Shown: positions 38,453 through 52,536, counted from the stretch's first letter. The stretch is DNA of 64,000 nucleotides from Octopus bimaculoides (GCF_001194135.2 NC_068989.1:81454729-81518728), one strand, 5' to 3'. Notes: generated by a model from the letters alone, not told the origin. Translations and numbers: made by a program.

Positions 38453-38701
38453 ACACACATACATACATATATAGATATACATATACATACACATATATAA
38501 ACATACATATATATTATAGAATACATCCAGTACATTCAGTAAAGTGTTTGGTGATGAGAAGGGTATCCGGCTAAAGATACCATGCTAAACTTAGTGCACA
38601 TGCACAACAGAGTTCAAGGTCAATCTATGCCAAGCAGCTTCACTCTGCATACTTTAGGTTCGTTACAACGGCAAGTCAGGATACTTATTGATCAACCCAC
38701 G

Positions 38702-38739
<38 letters not shown>

Positions 38740-39504
38740 CGTGCGTGTGTGTGTGTGTGATTGTATGTATGTAACATGTACATAAGATGTACATATACAG
38801 CATAGCAATATACAACACAAGTGTGCATTGCATACTTTAATGTTTTCACAAGTAAGCCAAACATACAAACATCTATACACAAACACATGCATATATATAT
38901 AGATAGCTGTCCTTCTGCTATTGTCTCAAGAGGCTGACCAATACCTTGTGCATGGAATTGGTAGATATTAACTGTAGGAATCATGTTGTGTGTGTATTTA
39001 AGCAGGTGTGTCTGTTTATGCTCTCTCATTGTCGTAACATCCATGCACTGCATAAAAACATTGTGAATGTCTATGTCATAGTGACTGTGTTCACATATCC
39101 AGCCACTAAGTGGCTCATTGTCTGAAGGGCTAAGAAAAATAGTATCCTACTTGGAAAAAGGTGAAAATTGATAACAGGAAGAGCATACCACCATAGAGAA
39201 ACTGTCTCTATCAGTGTTATCTGAACTATACCATCGTGGGAAAGTGGACATCAAAATGATGATCACACACACACACACACGTTTACATGTCTGCATTTTG
39301 TTACAAGTTGAAGCTTCTTGAATCATTACTCAGAGTTTCACACTAGTGGTTATTCAAACAATTCAAGTATGGTAGTTGTCTGGCAAAGGACAGTATCTAA
39401 ACAAAAATATTCATAAACATGAAAATATGATTAGTGATTGAGATTTCATTGGTTGCTAAAAACTGTTAGAAAAATATGTCATTGAGTCATCTCTTTAATT
39501 GTTA

Positions 39505-39660
39505 GGTGCAGGCATGGCTGTGTGGTAAGAAGCTTGCTTACCAACCACATGGTTCCGGGTTCAGTCCCATTGCATGGCACCTTGTGCAAGTGTCTTCTAC
39601 TATAGCGTTGGGCTGACAAAAGCTTTGTGAGTGGAAACTGAAAGAAGCCTGTCGTATATA
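39505..39660 (+). mobile_element. SINE family A head fragment
   Basis: ggtgcaggcatggctgtgtggtaagaagcttgcttaccaaccacatggttccgggttcagtccc. Confidence 0.85.
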
Positions 39661-39829
39661 TACATATATACATATATATATATGGATAGGAAGGACAACA
39701 AAAGAAAGAAAGAGACCTCGATATTATGTAAATAGAGGAATTTATCTGTAAAAATATGTGGGCTACCGAATAAGTGTCACATATTTTTACAGATATATAT
39801 ATATGTGTGTGTGTGTGTACTGTATGTGG

Positions 39830-40625
39830 TCGATTATCATGAGCCCTTGTAATCTCTTTTGTGAGATTCAACATCTTGATCCCATGCCTTGCTAGCTCTT
39901 CCTGTTCAACAGGTTCCAGCCATTTTGAGTACTAAACACATCGTCTATACATGTCACATACTTGTACTAATGCAGTTTTCCCTCCTCTTATACACAACTT
40001 TCTGTCAGTTCATTTCTACTCTATTGCACAAACACATGAACATTACACATCCAGTGAAGCATGCTTGCTTCGTTTCTTTTTAGTCTTTGAAAACCAAGTC
40101 CCACATCTCACTACAATGTAACATCACTCTTTGCACACAAGCATCATACAATTTACCCTTTACTCTGAGGGCAAGACCCTTTGTTGCTAATAGAACTTTT
40201 TCCAACCTGTTCTTACTCTGGCAACTCTGCTTTCAGGATAACCATACCCCTGCTAATTAGGTCACTTAATTAAAAGAAGCTATTGAATACTTCTAGGGAA
40301 CCATCTGGGCATTTGAGAGAAGCTGTTTTTGGGGAGTTTAATGCTCTTATGAAGGTTAACTTTGCTATTAGCCTATCAGTAATCTCACTACACCTCTTGC
40401 ACATCCCCTGTTTACACTGTATGATGTTTCTACCAACTTCTTTTTTGCATACCCAGTACTGCTATGTCACTGATGGCTGCAGGATCCTGTCTTTTTTCTG
40501 ATTGACATACTTCCACATTTAGAGTTTCTTCTATTAATCATCTACAGATTCTGCTAGAAGAACAAGGTCAACTGCTACAGGAGTTCTCATAGATAGCTAG
40601 CCTTAAACTTCTCTGTCATGATTTA
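39830..40625 (-). mobile_element. Decayed RTE reverse-transcriptase region
   Basis: The minus strand shows degenerate RTE-type motifs: TEKFK..ELL-x-ADDL-like, YLSDLISRGMV-like and KGLALRVKGKLYDACVQRV. Confidence 0.55.
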
Positions 40626-40899
40626 GAGAAATAGCCATAACAGAAAAGCACTGATGGCTCCTCCATGAGTGCACAAGAGATGCAGTGGTTTCATAGGCAG
40701 GCTGACCGAGAAGAAAGACTTTGTATAAAACTGATACATAGGACTAATTAGCAGTCAGAGCACCCACGAAATAAGTGCTTTCAAATGCTTAGAACTAGTT
40801 GATAGCTTCTGTTACATAGGTAGGCCTATTAATATTGGGAACAAGTGTTCCAAGAGCAAAGATGCCAGTAAGAATCAGCTGGAAAAAAAATTCAGGGAG

Positions 40900-41290
40900 C
40901 TACTGGCAACAAGACCATTTTTTCTACAAGTAAAGTGTAGATTGTGTGATACTTGTGTACAAAGTGTGCTGTTGATTAGTAGCAACAGAGCACAAAAGAA
41001 TTGAGAGTAATAACAGGGTATAAGAGGAACCTCATACAGAAACAAGAGAGAAAACTGCATTGATACAGACATGTGATGGATATGGAGGATAACAATTTGG
41101 TATATAAGGAATTTAAGTGGAAGGATTATGTGGGACCTAAAAGGACATGAGAACAAGTGGAGAAAGTTGATCTCGAAAGGCTTAACCTCATATAGGAGAC
41201 AACAAAGGACCACAATAAATGGTAAGATGCAGTATTACAAAAGGCCCATTCAACCCAAGTATGGAAATGCAGACGTAAAATAATGAAGAT
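40900..41290 (+). mobile_element. Decayed RTE ORF end and tail
   Basis: A degenerate W-x-VEKVDLERLNL...TKDHNKW region followed by acccaagtatggaaatgcagacgtaaaa. Confidence 0.5.
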
Positions 41291-42709
41291 AATATATATA
41301 TATATATATATATATTTAACAGAAAATGTTGTATATGAATGTGTCTATGTATGTGTGAGTGTGGGGGTGTGATAACAGAACAATATAGTATCCATACCTG
41401 TAATGATTTTAGAACTCCCTCCCCACACAAATGAACCAAACAACCTCTCATGCACTACACCTGCTTTTCCTCCACCATACCATGTCTTTTTCTTGTCCTC
41501 CCCTTGTCAACTGTATCATGACAATCAACTTCTTTTATAGTTGCAGGCTGCATCCCGTTCTGCTCCACATACAATCTTGTAATAGTTCCACCCACTTCTA
41601 CTTACCTTGTGCCTTAAGGGGCCACCTGGACACCTAATCTCCATTATCTATCTCTTGCAGTTCCAACTTATCATTTTCCTTCTCCCCTACTAAATGTGAG
41701 TAACCATACTGGCTCTTCTACAAGAACTTGCTCTGACCCCCACCACTTTCTATCATACTTTAAGCTCTCATCCCTTAGCATAAAGTCAATCCCCTCCCTC
41801 AGAGTTCATAGTCTTGTGAGCTGCATGACAACCTCACTAGTGCAAGTAGCCACCCAAAAAAGCTGCAAAGTGGTTGACTTTAGGTAGGGTATCCAGTCAT
41901 TAAAAATCATGCTTAAGCAGACAATAGAGAACAATGCAATCGTTGGACCCATCAGAACCTGTCCAGCCCATGCCAGCATGGAACATGGACTTTAAATGAT
42001 GATGATGATAACAGCATCGTACTGTTGTTGATGTTTAGCCCAAATCCTACCCAGTACAGACCGATGATCAAAGGGATTCCGGCACTAGTCATCGCCATCC
42101 TGTCCTTGTCTTGAGCATTAGATATCAGGGACTATTATGCAATGCACCCTACTTTTTTTTAAGACCTTGAACAATTATTTGAGGGAAATTTGGCTACTTT
42201 CCTTAACAAAGAAAATGATCGTGTACTTGCTTAGCTCCAGGTCAACTCTGATCGAGGAGAACCATAACTAACTACCAATATATCTTAAATCTTAGTGAAA
42301 GGCATTTCATTGCTGAAATATTAGTATGTAGCGTGGCACAAGAATACCTTTACATTCATCTGTACGCATGTATCTGTCATGTTGCATTTAAACAATAGAG
42401 TAACGTGGGTAGGGATGAATTAGAAACAATAATCCAGCTTGGCCACAATTCAACGATTAAAACCAATAAAAAAACGTACGTACACACACACACAAAGAGA
42501 GAGAGAGACTATCTAGCCAGGTACACAGGCAAACCAGTGCTAATATAAAACATTATATTATTCTAAGGTTAATGTGTATATCAATGCATATAAAAATGTA
42601 GAGTTATATTTCTATAAAGTTTTAACATACGTAGCAGAAAATATCTGAAACTGAAAACAGGAGAAAGTAGCAAGCTTGAAATGATGAAGATGACAACGAT
42701 AGTTCATAC

Positions 42710-42995
42710 CTGTGTTGCTATGACAGTAACAACACTGTCAGTAGATCTATTGCACTAGATTACTGATCGATTTCACTACCTTGATTTCTCTTCTCTGTTG
42801 ATCCAAACGATATTTCTGTTAAGTGTTCGTCTGTCTTTCGCCTATCGGTCAGACAATCTGGCCAACCACAGAAATCAACTGTTGTCAACCGCTTCTCCGT
42901 GTATCACAGCAACGGCATAACAAGCTTTCAATACAAGCTTCCGGTATGTCTCAATGACGTCATTTCTCACGGAGATTGCCGGAAAGAGGCGAAAT
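42710..42995 (-). promoter_or_regulatory. Candidate promoter and non-coding first exon (possibly KIF3A)
   Basis: Locally CpG-rich, non-repetitive segment with TGACGTCA (CRE), two CCGGAA ETS-type sites, an X-box-like GTTGCTATGACAG (42714-42726) and a minus-strand CAG|GTATGA donor at 42710/42709. Confidence 0.5.
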
Positions 42996-44099
42996 TTTTA
43001 AGCTTATTTCCCTTGAATTTAAATTTTGTATTTTTAAAAATAGGTTTTTATTTAAAAAACACAATTGAAAAAAACGCAACCTTTTAAATTTATTATCGAC
43101 AGAAGTAAAAATGAATCGTCAAAACTTTTAAGCAAAGAATATTTAGAGATAATATTTTACGTACACAATACACTTTTTGTATTATTAGTTGAATATAAAA
43201 ATTAAAAACAATTTTTCTTTCTTAAATTCATTCATTAGGATAAAAAGTTTCTGCAAATAATTCAGTCGAAAAGGGATCGAAAAAGTTTAAAATGTGAACG
43301 ATATTGAACAACATTTATTACAGTATAATGTAATTTAAAATCATATCTTTTGATATCTCTTCACAGCAACTGAGATTATTTTAAATTCTATAAATTCAGA
43401 TTAATTTTTACACAACTTTTTACCACATTTGCTCAAATAGCATTGTCCTCCTGGTGCTATAACAACTGGCAAGTAGGGATTGTGTAGCCATATTGTATTT
43501 CAGAACAATTCCCTGATTGTTTTAGGCTTTCCCCTCTTTTCTTTTTCTCTTTTTCATTCAGTGAGTATATGTAAAAAAAAGTCAGACATCAGTCTTACAA
43601 CTGCTGTATACTTTACTATGTGATTAGATCATATTTATGAAGACAAGCTGAGTTGAAAACAATTTAGTGTTAGGTAGATCAAAAGTAGCTTTATTATAAA
43701 CACAAGTGACTGTTATTTTATGATGGAAGATCCAGACCTTGACTGGATAGCTCCGCAGAGATTTTCAATTACAACACTCCTTTACTCACACTCAGCTTGG
43801 CAATGGAGAATATGCAAAAAAGGTTTTCTTAGTATCTCAATGAAAGCAATATAACTTTGGATCATTCATCTTCCACAATTTAACTAAGAAGGTTTTTTTT
43901 TTTATTCATTAAACATTTTAATAATTATTTCAGCTGTAATTTCTGCTCATGTTGTATCATGGAAATGTGTTGAGTTTCTTTCTCATTAGAAACAGTAGGA
44001 ATCTTCGTACAAGTGTTGTTGTTGCATCTCCTGCCAAAATGTTTTCTATCTCACAAACAACAATTCCAGATTTTAAAATCCTTGATTATTTGAAATCAA

Positions 44100-44560
44100 A
44101 AGATTTGACATAGACACGAAATAATCTGAAACAATGTAGAATAATATTTCTTAAAAGTTCAACCCCAATGATTGTTTTTGCACTTCCTGACACCAAGAAC
44201 ATACTTTGCTAGGGGAATGTTACTGCCACCTCTTCCAGAAATATGAGTCTAGTCTTTAGATTCACTTGTATCTCCTGGTCTGAGGTCTGATACAAAACAG
44301 AAAATTGGTCTCCCACAGCTACTTTCATCTTAGGAACCTTATCACCTTCCCTAAGGAATCTGATACCCTTGGGTAGTGATGGCTGCTGCAGGTCTTTCTG
44401 TTTGGCAATTTCTACAAGAACTTTGTCATACCTCCATTTCTATTGGCTTTCTCCCAGTACCCTGTGCATCTGGTTAAAATGTGGTTTGGAATGCAAGGAG
44501 TTGCTCCATGCTGCTTGTAGGACAGATTCTTCCTTTTGCCCAATATTTGAAGATTATTTG
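44100..44560 (-). mobile_element. Decayed RLE-type non-LTR retrotransposon C-terminus (HERO/NeSL-like)
   Basis: Q*KWRYDKVLVEIA...IRFLREG...TSDQEIQVNLKTRLIF...TFP*QSMFLVSGSAKTIIGVEL matches the QGRY.WRHD.VL..IA and RPD...K.I..IELT pattern. Confidence 0.55.
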
Positions 44561-45154
44561 GGGTTGGGAAAAGGTCAACAATGGCACACAGGAGGAAGGA
44601 TCATTTTCTCTGTCAGACACTACAATGTTCAGTGTATGTGTTTTATTTATTTATTTATTTTTTTAGATAGAAGAGGGTGGTTCAAAAGAGATTTAGCTTC
44701 TAGTTCTAACAGCTCCATCAAACACATCGCTTTAGTATAAGCTATAAGTTTTTGCAGGTTCTCCACAATGGCATTTTGTTGTTCATCAGAGACGGCAGTT
44801 AACAAAGTAAAATTTCTTCCAAGCTGGCTTGGAATATGTGCAGAGTGGACTTTTCACATCTTGGAAAGAATCTTAGACTGCAACTGTTAAATACATGTAG
44901 CTATGGCAGTACAACCTCTATACTTCATTAGGGCCTTCAATTAAAGAGTGACAAAATATTAACAATTCCTTAAAAAAGCCATTATTTGAAGAACATTTTA
45001 AAACTAGTCAGTTTTCTTAAATTGATTGTGTGATGCTGTTGCATATAAATGTAGGGGAGGTTAAACGAACCTTGTGAGAACTTTGTTATTTATTTTGATA
45101 ATGTGTGATCTCAATACTTAGAACTTATGTAAGTGTGGTGATATATATAAACTG

Positions 45155-45400
45155 GTGCTCCTTCAGTTACGACGATAAGGGTTCCGGTTGATCCAATCAA
45201 CAGAACAGCCTGTTTGTGAAATTAATGTGCAAGTGGCTGAGCACTCCACAGATATGTGTATACTTAATGTAGGTCTCAGGTAGATTCAGTGAGGCACTGA
45301 ATGTGATGAGATTGGCCTTTGAAATACAGGTACAACTCATTTTTACTAGTTGAGTGAACAGCAGCAATGTGAAATAAAGTGCCTTGCTCAATAACAAGAA
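45155..45400 (-). mobile_element. SINE family D fragment
   Basis: ttacgacgataagggttccggttgatccaatcaacagaacagcctg is shared with 62505-62650. It also contains aaataaagtgccttgctc. Confidence 0.6.
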
Positions 45401-45583
45401 CAATGAAAATTTGCCTATGTAGATACCAGGCTTCTTCAACATTGTCACTTTATATAACAGTCGCTGCTCTGAATATGAAAACAGAATGAAATACTGCTAT
45501 TTACAACATAAACATATATAAACAGGGTCACCTTAACAGCATTGTAGGACCCCTGGCAACCGCCCACACCTCAAGGCAGCACT

Positions 45584-45623
<40 letters not shown>

Positions 45624-45689
45624 CTTTATAACCAGACACTCAATATTATGTATATACATACATAGATACATATACACACATGCATATAC

Positions 45690-45890
45690 ATATTCTTTTA
45701 TTCGTTTCAGTCATTTGACTGCAGCCATGCTGGAGCACTGCCTTTAGTCGAACAAATCGACCCCACGACTTATTCTTTGTAAGCCTAGTACTTATTCTGC
45801 CAGTCTCTTTTACTGGGGACATAAATGTACCAACATTGGTTGTCAGGTGATGGTGGGGGACAAAACAGACACAAACATATACAGACACAT

Positions 45891-45929
<39 letters not shown>

Positions 45930-46130
45930 NNNNNNNNNNNNNNNNNNNNNNNNNNNNNNNNNNNNNNNNNNNNNNNNNNNNNNNNNNNNNNNNNNNNNNN
46001 NNNNNNNNNNNNNNNNNNNNNNNNNNNNNNNNNNNNNNNNNNNNNNNNNNNNNNNNNNNNNNNNNNNNNNNGCGCGCGCGCGTGCTAGGCAGGCTTCTTT
46101 CAGTTTCTGTCTGCCAAATCCACTCACATG
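45690..46130 (-). mobile_element. SINE family A with a gap in its internal (GT)n
   Basis: The body matches the other copies. N-run at 45930-46071. Confidence 0.85.
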
Positions 46131-48028
46131 GCACATTCATGCATCAGCCCAGCTAATATAAGTTAGGTCGAATGAAAGTCAGGTAGGATTTGTATGGGCA
46201 GGTGCGCTTCTTGTTATCAGCCCTTACTTGCTTTTCCAAGGGATTTTTTTTTTAGTTTAAAAGACATGATTTGGAAGTTTCATTAAAAATTAAAAGGCCA
46301 CACAGTAACATTAAGTTAAAACACCAATAAAAAAATAGTTCCAGTAAGAAAAGTAAGAAACAGAATCAAGATATTTATTTAATTTGTGATTAAATGAAAA
46401 TAAATTATTTTATCAAACAGAGAAGTGTAGTAGGAGAAGGTTTTAAAGTTTAGAAATGAGACATAAAAAATATATTATTAGAGTCCATATGAATTTCTGA
46501 AGCAGAAATTTTAGTATTGCAGACACTAAAATTTTCTCTCTGGATTACCAAACAAAAGAAAAATCTTTGTAATAAGTTTTTAATGTCTGTTTAATATTAC
46601 ATTTGAAATGTTGTCACTTCACCATTCAGAGAGTAAACAGAGATAAAGATTTCATTTATAAGATGGTAAACATAACAGAGACAAGAAACTATGAGAGAAC
46701 AAAAAGTAAGGAGTTTATTTTTCATGCTCTGTAGTGGTAAAAGAATGTTTCAGTAATTGGTACAGCTGAAGTAAAGAAATTAAATCATTTACAGAACCAA
46801 GTCTCATTCAAAAAGAGATGCTTCTATCTCCAATCACTGGAATATTTTATATCAAACAACAATTTTTGAATGTTAAGCAATGAGCTGATCTTTACCAATT
46901 CTACCAAGAATTTATAAAAATACAAAATAAACTCTCAACTTCCAATACAAATGTGTCTATTGTTACAGACATCGAGTCTATTCTTAAAGAAGTTCAATAT
47001 AGAAAAATATTGTTTATATACAAGACAATGTACACAACTATATTACATTCTTTTTTCTTCATCTGGTTTGTTTCTCAGGATAATTGTTTATACTGACAGA
47101 TGCCCTTGTAATCCTACCCACTGATTTAAGGATAGAACCTGCTGCCAGTCTGGTAAACTATAATATACAAAAGTATGTTACCCAGAGATATACACAATAA
47201 TTAGCTATAGAGTGGCTTGAACTCATGACAATATGATCAGTTTTCTCCATGAAAATAGTAAAATATAATTATCAATCAATCCTTTGACAGAATGGTAGCA
47301 ATATAAAGACAGGTTTTAAAAATCAGACACCAGCTCTAAGTTTATGATCTAAGTTATTATTAATACCTTCCTCCCCCTCCTCATCATCATCAATAGCAGC
47401 AGCATCATAGAAGTAACAGAGGGTCTAATGACAATATTAAAGCACTGTTCCCCAAAATAACATTTACAACAAAATAATTAGTAGAGTAACAATTAATACA
47501 GTAATGAACAATTGTCTATATTTCTCTCAACATCTACTGTTGTTGGAGCAGTAGATAGCCTTAATAGTCTTGCTGTGGTGTGTGGGTGGATAATGAGGGT
47601 GAGGGTCTTATAAAAGGCAAAAACCTTTCTACTTCACCCAGTAGAATGGTTGAAAGTTCGATCACTGTTTACTGTCCTTACTTTATATATTGCTGCTAAA
47701 TTTTTCACTGATCTGTCACTAAAAACTTGGCCTCAATTCAAAGTTCTTATCACATGATTTGCCAGTTTTACCTAACTTGATTCTTTAAAACTATTTACAC
47801 ACATAATCAAGATAAAATATTATCAAAACAAAATCAAATTAATATTTCATTCTATCTATTTGATAAAGAAAACAAAAGAAAAAAGGAAAATAACAGAGAA
47901 AAAAAAATTAAATGTAAAGATTATAAAATATGAATTGCTGAGGCAGTTAAGTATGGACGTCGCAATCTTGGAATTGAGTTGATGTTATCAGAACTGTTGT
48001 AATATTAACAAAGGTTCTACAGGAGTCT

Positions 48029-48171
48029 TCATGTCTTTGACAGTCGATAAATAGTTTTATGGTCGTACTGCGTGTTAAGACATTGCAAATTGTCCCACCA
48101 CTGGAACAAGAAATTATCCACAATTAACTGGAACCATGGAGTCAAAAGGATACCACGGTCCCGGAAATTTT
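48029..48171 (-). CDS. IDI1: IPP delta-isomerase, last exon (K-NFRDRGILLTPWFQLIVDNFLFQWWDNL...YRLSKT*)
   Basis: cttttctcttctttctttcag| acceptor, phase 1 join, TPWF and WW motifs, TGA at 48029-48031. Confidence 0.95.
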
Positions 48172-48329
48172 CTGAAAGAAAGAAGAGAAAAGAAAAGGAA
48201 GGTTATATAGGTTATTTAGTCATTCCTTCTGAATTCCAGCATGGGCAAAGAACAAAACATTTGGAGAGTAGACTGAATCCTGTTGATAAGGTTATGATAT
48301 ATTGATGACACAAGGCCCCCAACAACAAT

Positions 48330-48560
48330 ATCTATGATATTGGTTTCAAATTTTGGCACAAGGCCAGCAATTTTGGAGATGGGGTAAGTTGATTACATCG
48401 ACCCAAGTGTTCAACTGTTATTTTTTTTCTATTGGGAGGAGGAGGAGGTGGAAGAGTGCGGGTGGAGGTTATCCCAGCACTTTTTCTATCTGTTCATGAA
48501 GTATGAAAGGCAAAGTCAACTCTGAGTGTACACAGGAGCAACTGAATACCCAACAACATT
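48330..48560 (-). mobile_element. SINE family B, diverged
   Basis: ggtttcaaattttggcacaaggccagcaatttt... Confidence 0.7.
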
Positions 48561-48822
48561 TTTATCTGACATTCTTCCAAATCTGTCAATAGCAATAATT
48601 TCTTGCATGGACAGTGTTATTATAGTTAATATTGTAGTTAATATTATAGGTTATATTTAACAATGAAAGCATTTGCTACAGTCTGGGCACAGGTAACCTA
48701 TTGACCCAGAAAGAAAGAAGAAAGTAAAAAAACCAAGACAAGAATAATGTTTATATCATTATCTCCAATAATATATAGAGAGATGAAGAGTGGAGGTGTT
48801 AAAAAGCCAAACTAGAACTTAC

Positions 48823-49015
48823 TCATCAAATCTTTCACTCCATCACAGTTTAAATACATGGTACTTTTCACTTCGTTAGGATTGAGATTTAAGTCAACGT
48901 TTTTCTTAATAAATAAAACATAATCAATTTCATGTTCTCCCCATTTACCATCAAGGGGAACATTTCCAGCTTTGTAGTGCATTCTAGTGATGTAATGAAT
49001 GTCTTCAAGTGGTAC
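48823..49015 (-). CDS. IDI1: IPP delta-isomerase exon (VPLEDIHYITRMHYKA...KWGEHEIDY...KDLM)
   Basis: tttccatag| acceptor and |GTAAGT donor, 193 nt, phase 0-1. Carries the catalytic WGEHEIDY motif. It is absent from the supplied ORF track. Confidence 0.95.
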
Positions 49016-49718
49016 CTATGGAAACCAAGGTGAGAGAAAAGATAGTTAATGCTAATGTTATAATAAATATTGAATTGTTAGGTAATTTCATTCATTTCTT
49101 TTTCAATGTTATTTAAATAAACAAGAAAAATATTTTTATCATAAAATGTTATGTTTTTTTTTCTTTTTTGTAGCTCTATTCTTCCTCTGCCACTTTGCTT
49201 TAACATTTTTGAAATTTGAATAAATTTTATCCTATTTTCAGACATATGATGATGGAGTGACAAAGAGAAAAAAAATTAGCATTTTCGATAACTGTTTCTC
49301 TCTGCTTTCAAGCAAGCTGTCAAAGCTTCTTGAGACATTTGTGCTGTGTACAGAGAAGGCACTATTACTGAAACAACTGTACAGAAATGGTTTTCATGCT
49401 TCAAAGAATGGAAATTCAACCTCAGAGACTCTCTGCATTCCAGCAAATTTGTTCAATTCAACAGGATTGATTGAACAAGCTCATCCATGCAAATCATCAT
49501 CATTCTATTGTCTACTTTCCATGTTAATGTTGCTGATTTTCTGTATAACATAATGCTTCTTACCCCAGTAATTTTGTCATCCCATCTTTGAGGTCCAGTA
49601 TCCTATGATCTGACTTCAGTACTTCCCACATCTTCAATCACGGATCCCCTTCTCTCATAGTACACTGCAGTGTTTCATCCCTGATCCATTCCCTTCCCTT
49701 GTCCACTAGCTCCTGTCA

Positions 49719-50045
<327 letters not shown>

Positions 50046-51358
50046 TTAGTATTGGCAGATTATTTCTTTACTTAATACTGAAAGTATTAATCGGATTAAG
50101 TCTGCAGAAGTTAAATAAAAGGTGCTAGTGCCACTCTGGCTTACTTCTGCACTTCTACAAATGTATTCTTTAAAAAAAATCTTGTGAACAGATGATCTTG
50201 TTAGAGAGGCAGTATTGTATGAATGAATGTGGATCTGTATCAAGCTCTTTTCTGTGTCTGCCACCCTTCCTTGGAAAGGTGTGAGCAGTGCAAGAACATA
50301 GTCTGTGACATAAGAATCAGCATAAAAAAAGAAACAACAATTCCAAGACTTCAAATTGAATATACATGTAAGCAAAAGTAAAAATAATCAATACATCAAT
50401 GTATTTCAAAGTGATTCCCCTCTCCTTAATGCCTATATTTTAATCCATGACATCTCTAGATAACATCTTTCTTTTTTTTTTTTGAGAAAATTTTACCAAA
50501 ATAATATATAGCTAATGGTAACATTTAACATACTGACATAATTTATTTTTATTAATCTAATGCTTATTAATGCACATTATTTCGAATTAATGATGCATTA
50601 TCTTCCAACTTTGAGATGTCTATTCTAAAAAGACATTATATGGCAGGTGTGAGAGGCTGAATTTGGCCAGTTTGAACATAGAACATATACTCCTGTCCAA
50701 GCTATTTGGTACTGACATCCATCATTCACCCTCACCATTCATACCTTGCTTACCCATCATGCTCTCACTCCAATCTTCCCTAATGCTAAAGCCATGGTAA
50801 AATACACCCAGAGCACTCTTCAGTGTGGGGTTCAGTGACAGTGAACCCCTTTAGTCTTGTCAAAGACATAACAATCTCTCAGATTGTTGCATGAAAAATG
50901 CAACCCACTGTGTAAAATGGTTGATGTTGGGAAGGGCCTAGAGCCATAAAAATCAAGCTAAAATGAAATTTATGATGAAGATGTTGTTCTCTGATCCATC
51001 AGTTAAGAATGCCGGAACAAACTATCCAACCCATGCAAGCACAGAAAGCAGACATAAGACAATGATGTTAATGATGATAAGTTGATAACATGAAATCTAA
51101 CTAAAACTGTTCAGATGAAAATAATGTGTGTAGTATACAGGTCATCAGTAAACTTGTTCATTAGTGATATCAGCAGTGATGTGTGTGTGTGTGTGTGTGT
51201 GTGCGTGTGTGTGCGTGCGTGCGTGCGTAATGTTTGATAATCACATGAATAAGAAATAAGTGGAAAATATGAGAGGTCCCTCACATAGTAACTGTCTACC
51301 CACTTAAAACAGTGCTGGGGAGAATTGATCATTGTAGAATGTATGTGCATGTGAGCTT

Positions 51359-51404
<46 letters not shown>

Positions 51405-51919
51405 CAACTCTCTAGAAATGTAAGGAAGTTCATTGAGACTGTTGATGCCTTTCACTTGCAATGTTTTCTTCATGTTCTGAAAGAAAAGACAAACTGTTGT
51501 TCTTCATGATTAGCCCAAGGTCAAATCCAATCCTGCAGACGTATGATTAAAATTGCTCCAGCTATAAACAACCCCACTTTTCCCAAGCTATTTATAACTA
51601 CATTATCCAACATGTCTTTATTTTCTTAAAGACAGTATGATGTGGCCTAAGGAGAGATTTGACTGGTTTTTCTAGCACATCAAGCAACCACATAGAAGTT
51701 CCTTCATTCGGCTCAAGAGAAAAACATTATTTTACTCTGCGACACCTAATACCCTCTGTAGGAAAGTCTTCTGGTAGTAGTGGTGGTGGTGGGCACTTAA
51801 AACTGTATTTGATAAGAACAGAACAAATTAAAGACCTAGTTTTCAGTACTGTATCATCACCTCTATTGCTGCCGCTGCTACTACTACTACTAACAACAAC
51901 AACAACAACATTAATAATA

Positions 51920-52322
51920 ATGGTTTCATATTTTGGCACAAGGCCAGCAATTTTGAAAGGAGCGAGTAGATGGCTATGTAGACCCCATTATTTAATTAGT
52001 ATTTAATTCTATGTATCCCCAAAAATGAGTGGCAAAGTTAACTGCAGCAGGATTTGAATTCAGAATGTAAAGAGCTGAAATAAATACCACAAGGCATTTT
52101 ATTTGGTGCCCAAACAAATCTGTCAATAATAATATTAATCTTTTTTACTAAAGGCACAATTTGGGGGAAGGAGGTGAGTCAACTGGTACTAATTTCATCG
52201 ACTCCAAAAGGATGAGAGGCAAAGTTGACCTGAGCGGAATTTGAACTTACAGCATAAAGACAGATGAAACACTGCAAAGCATTTTGTCCGGCATGTTGAT
52301 AACTCTGCCAGCTCATCACCTT
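51920..52322 (-). mobile_element. Two adjacent SINE family B copies
   Basis: Two successive reverse-orientation copies. Confidence 0.7.
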
Positions 52323-52536
52323 TCTGTAAATAATAATATTATTAATAATAATAATAATAATACAGAATGAAGTCATCCCCAAAATCAAGAGTACAACAGC
52401 AATAACTAACAAAGCAATGACAGTAATATAAATGTACAATCTTTTATATTGATCCAAAATTATGATTGATCATTGAAGTAGTTTGACCAGCTTCGGTGCT
52501 GATTTTCAGGAAAGTCTCTTGCTCCACTACACAACT

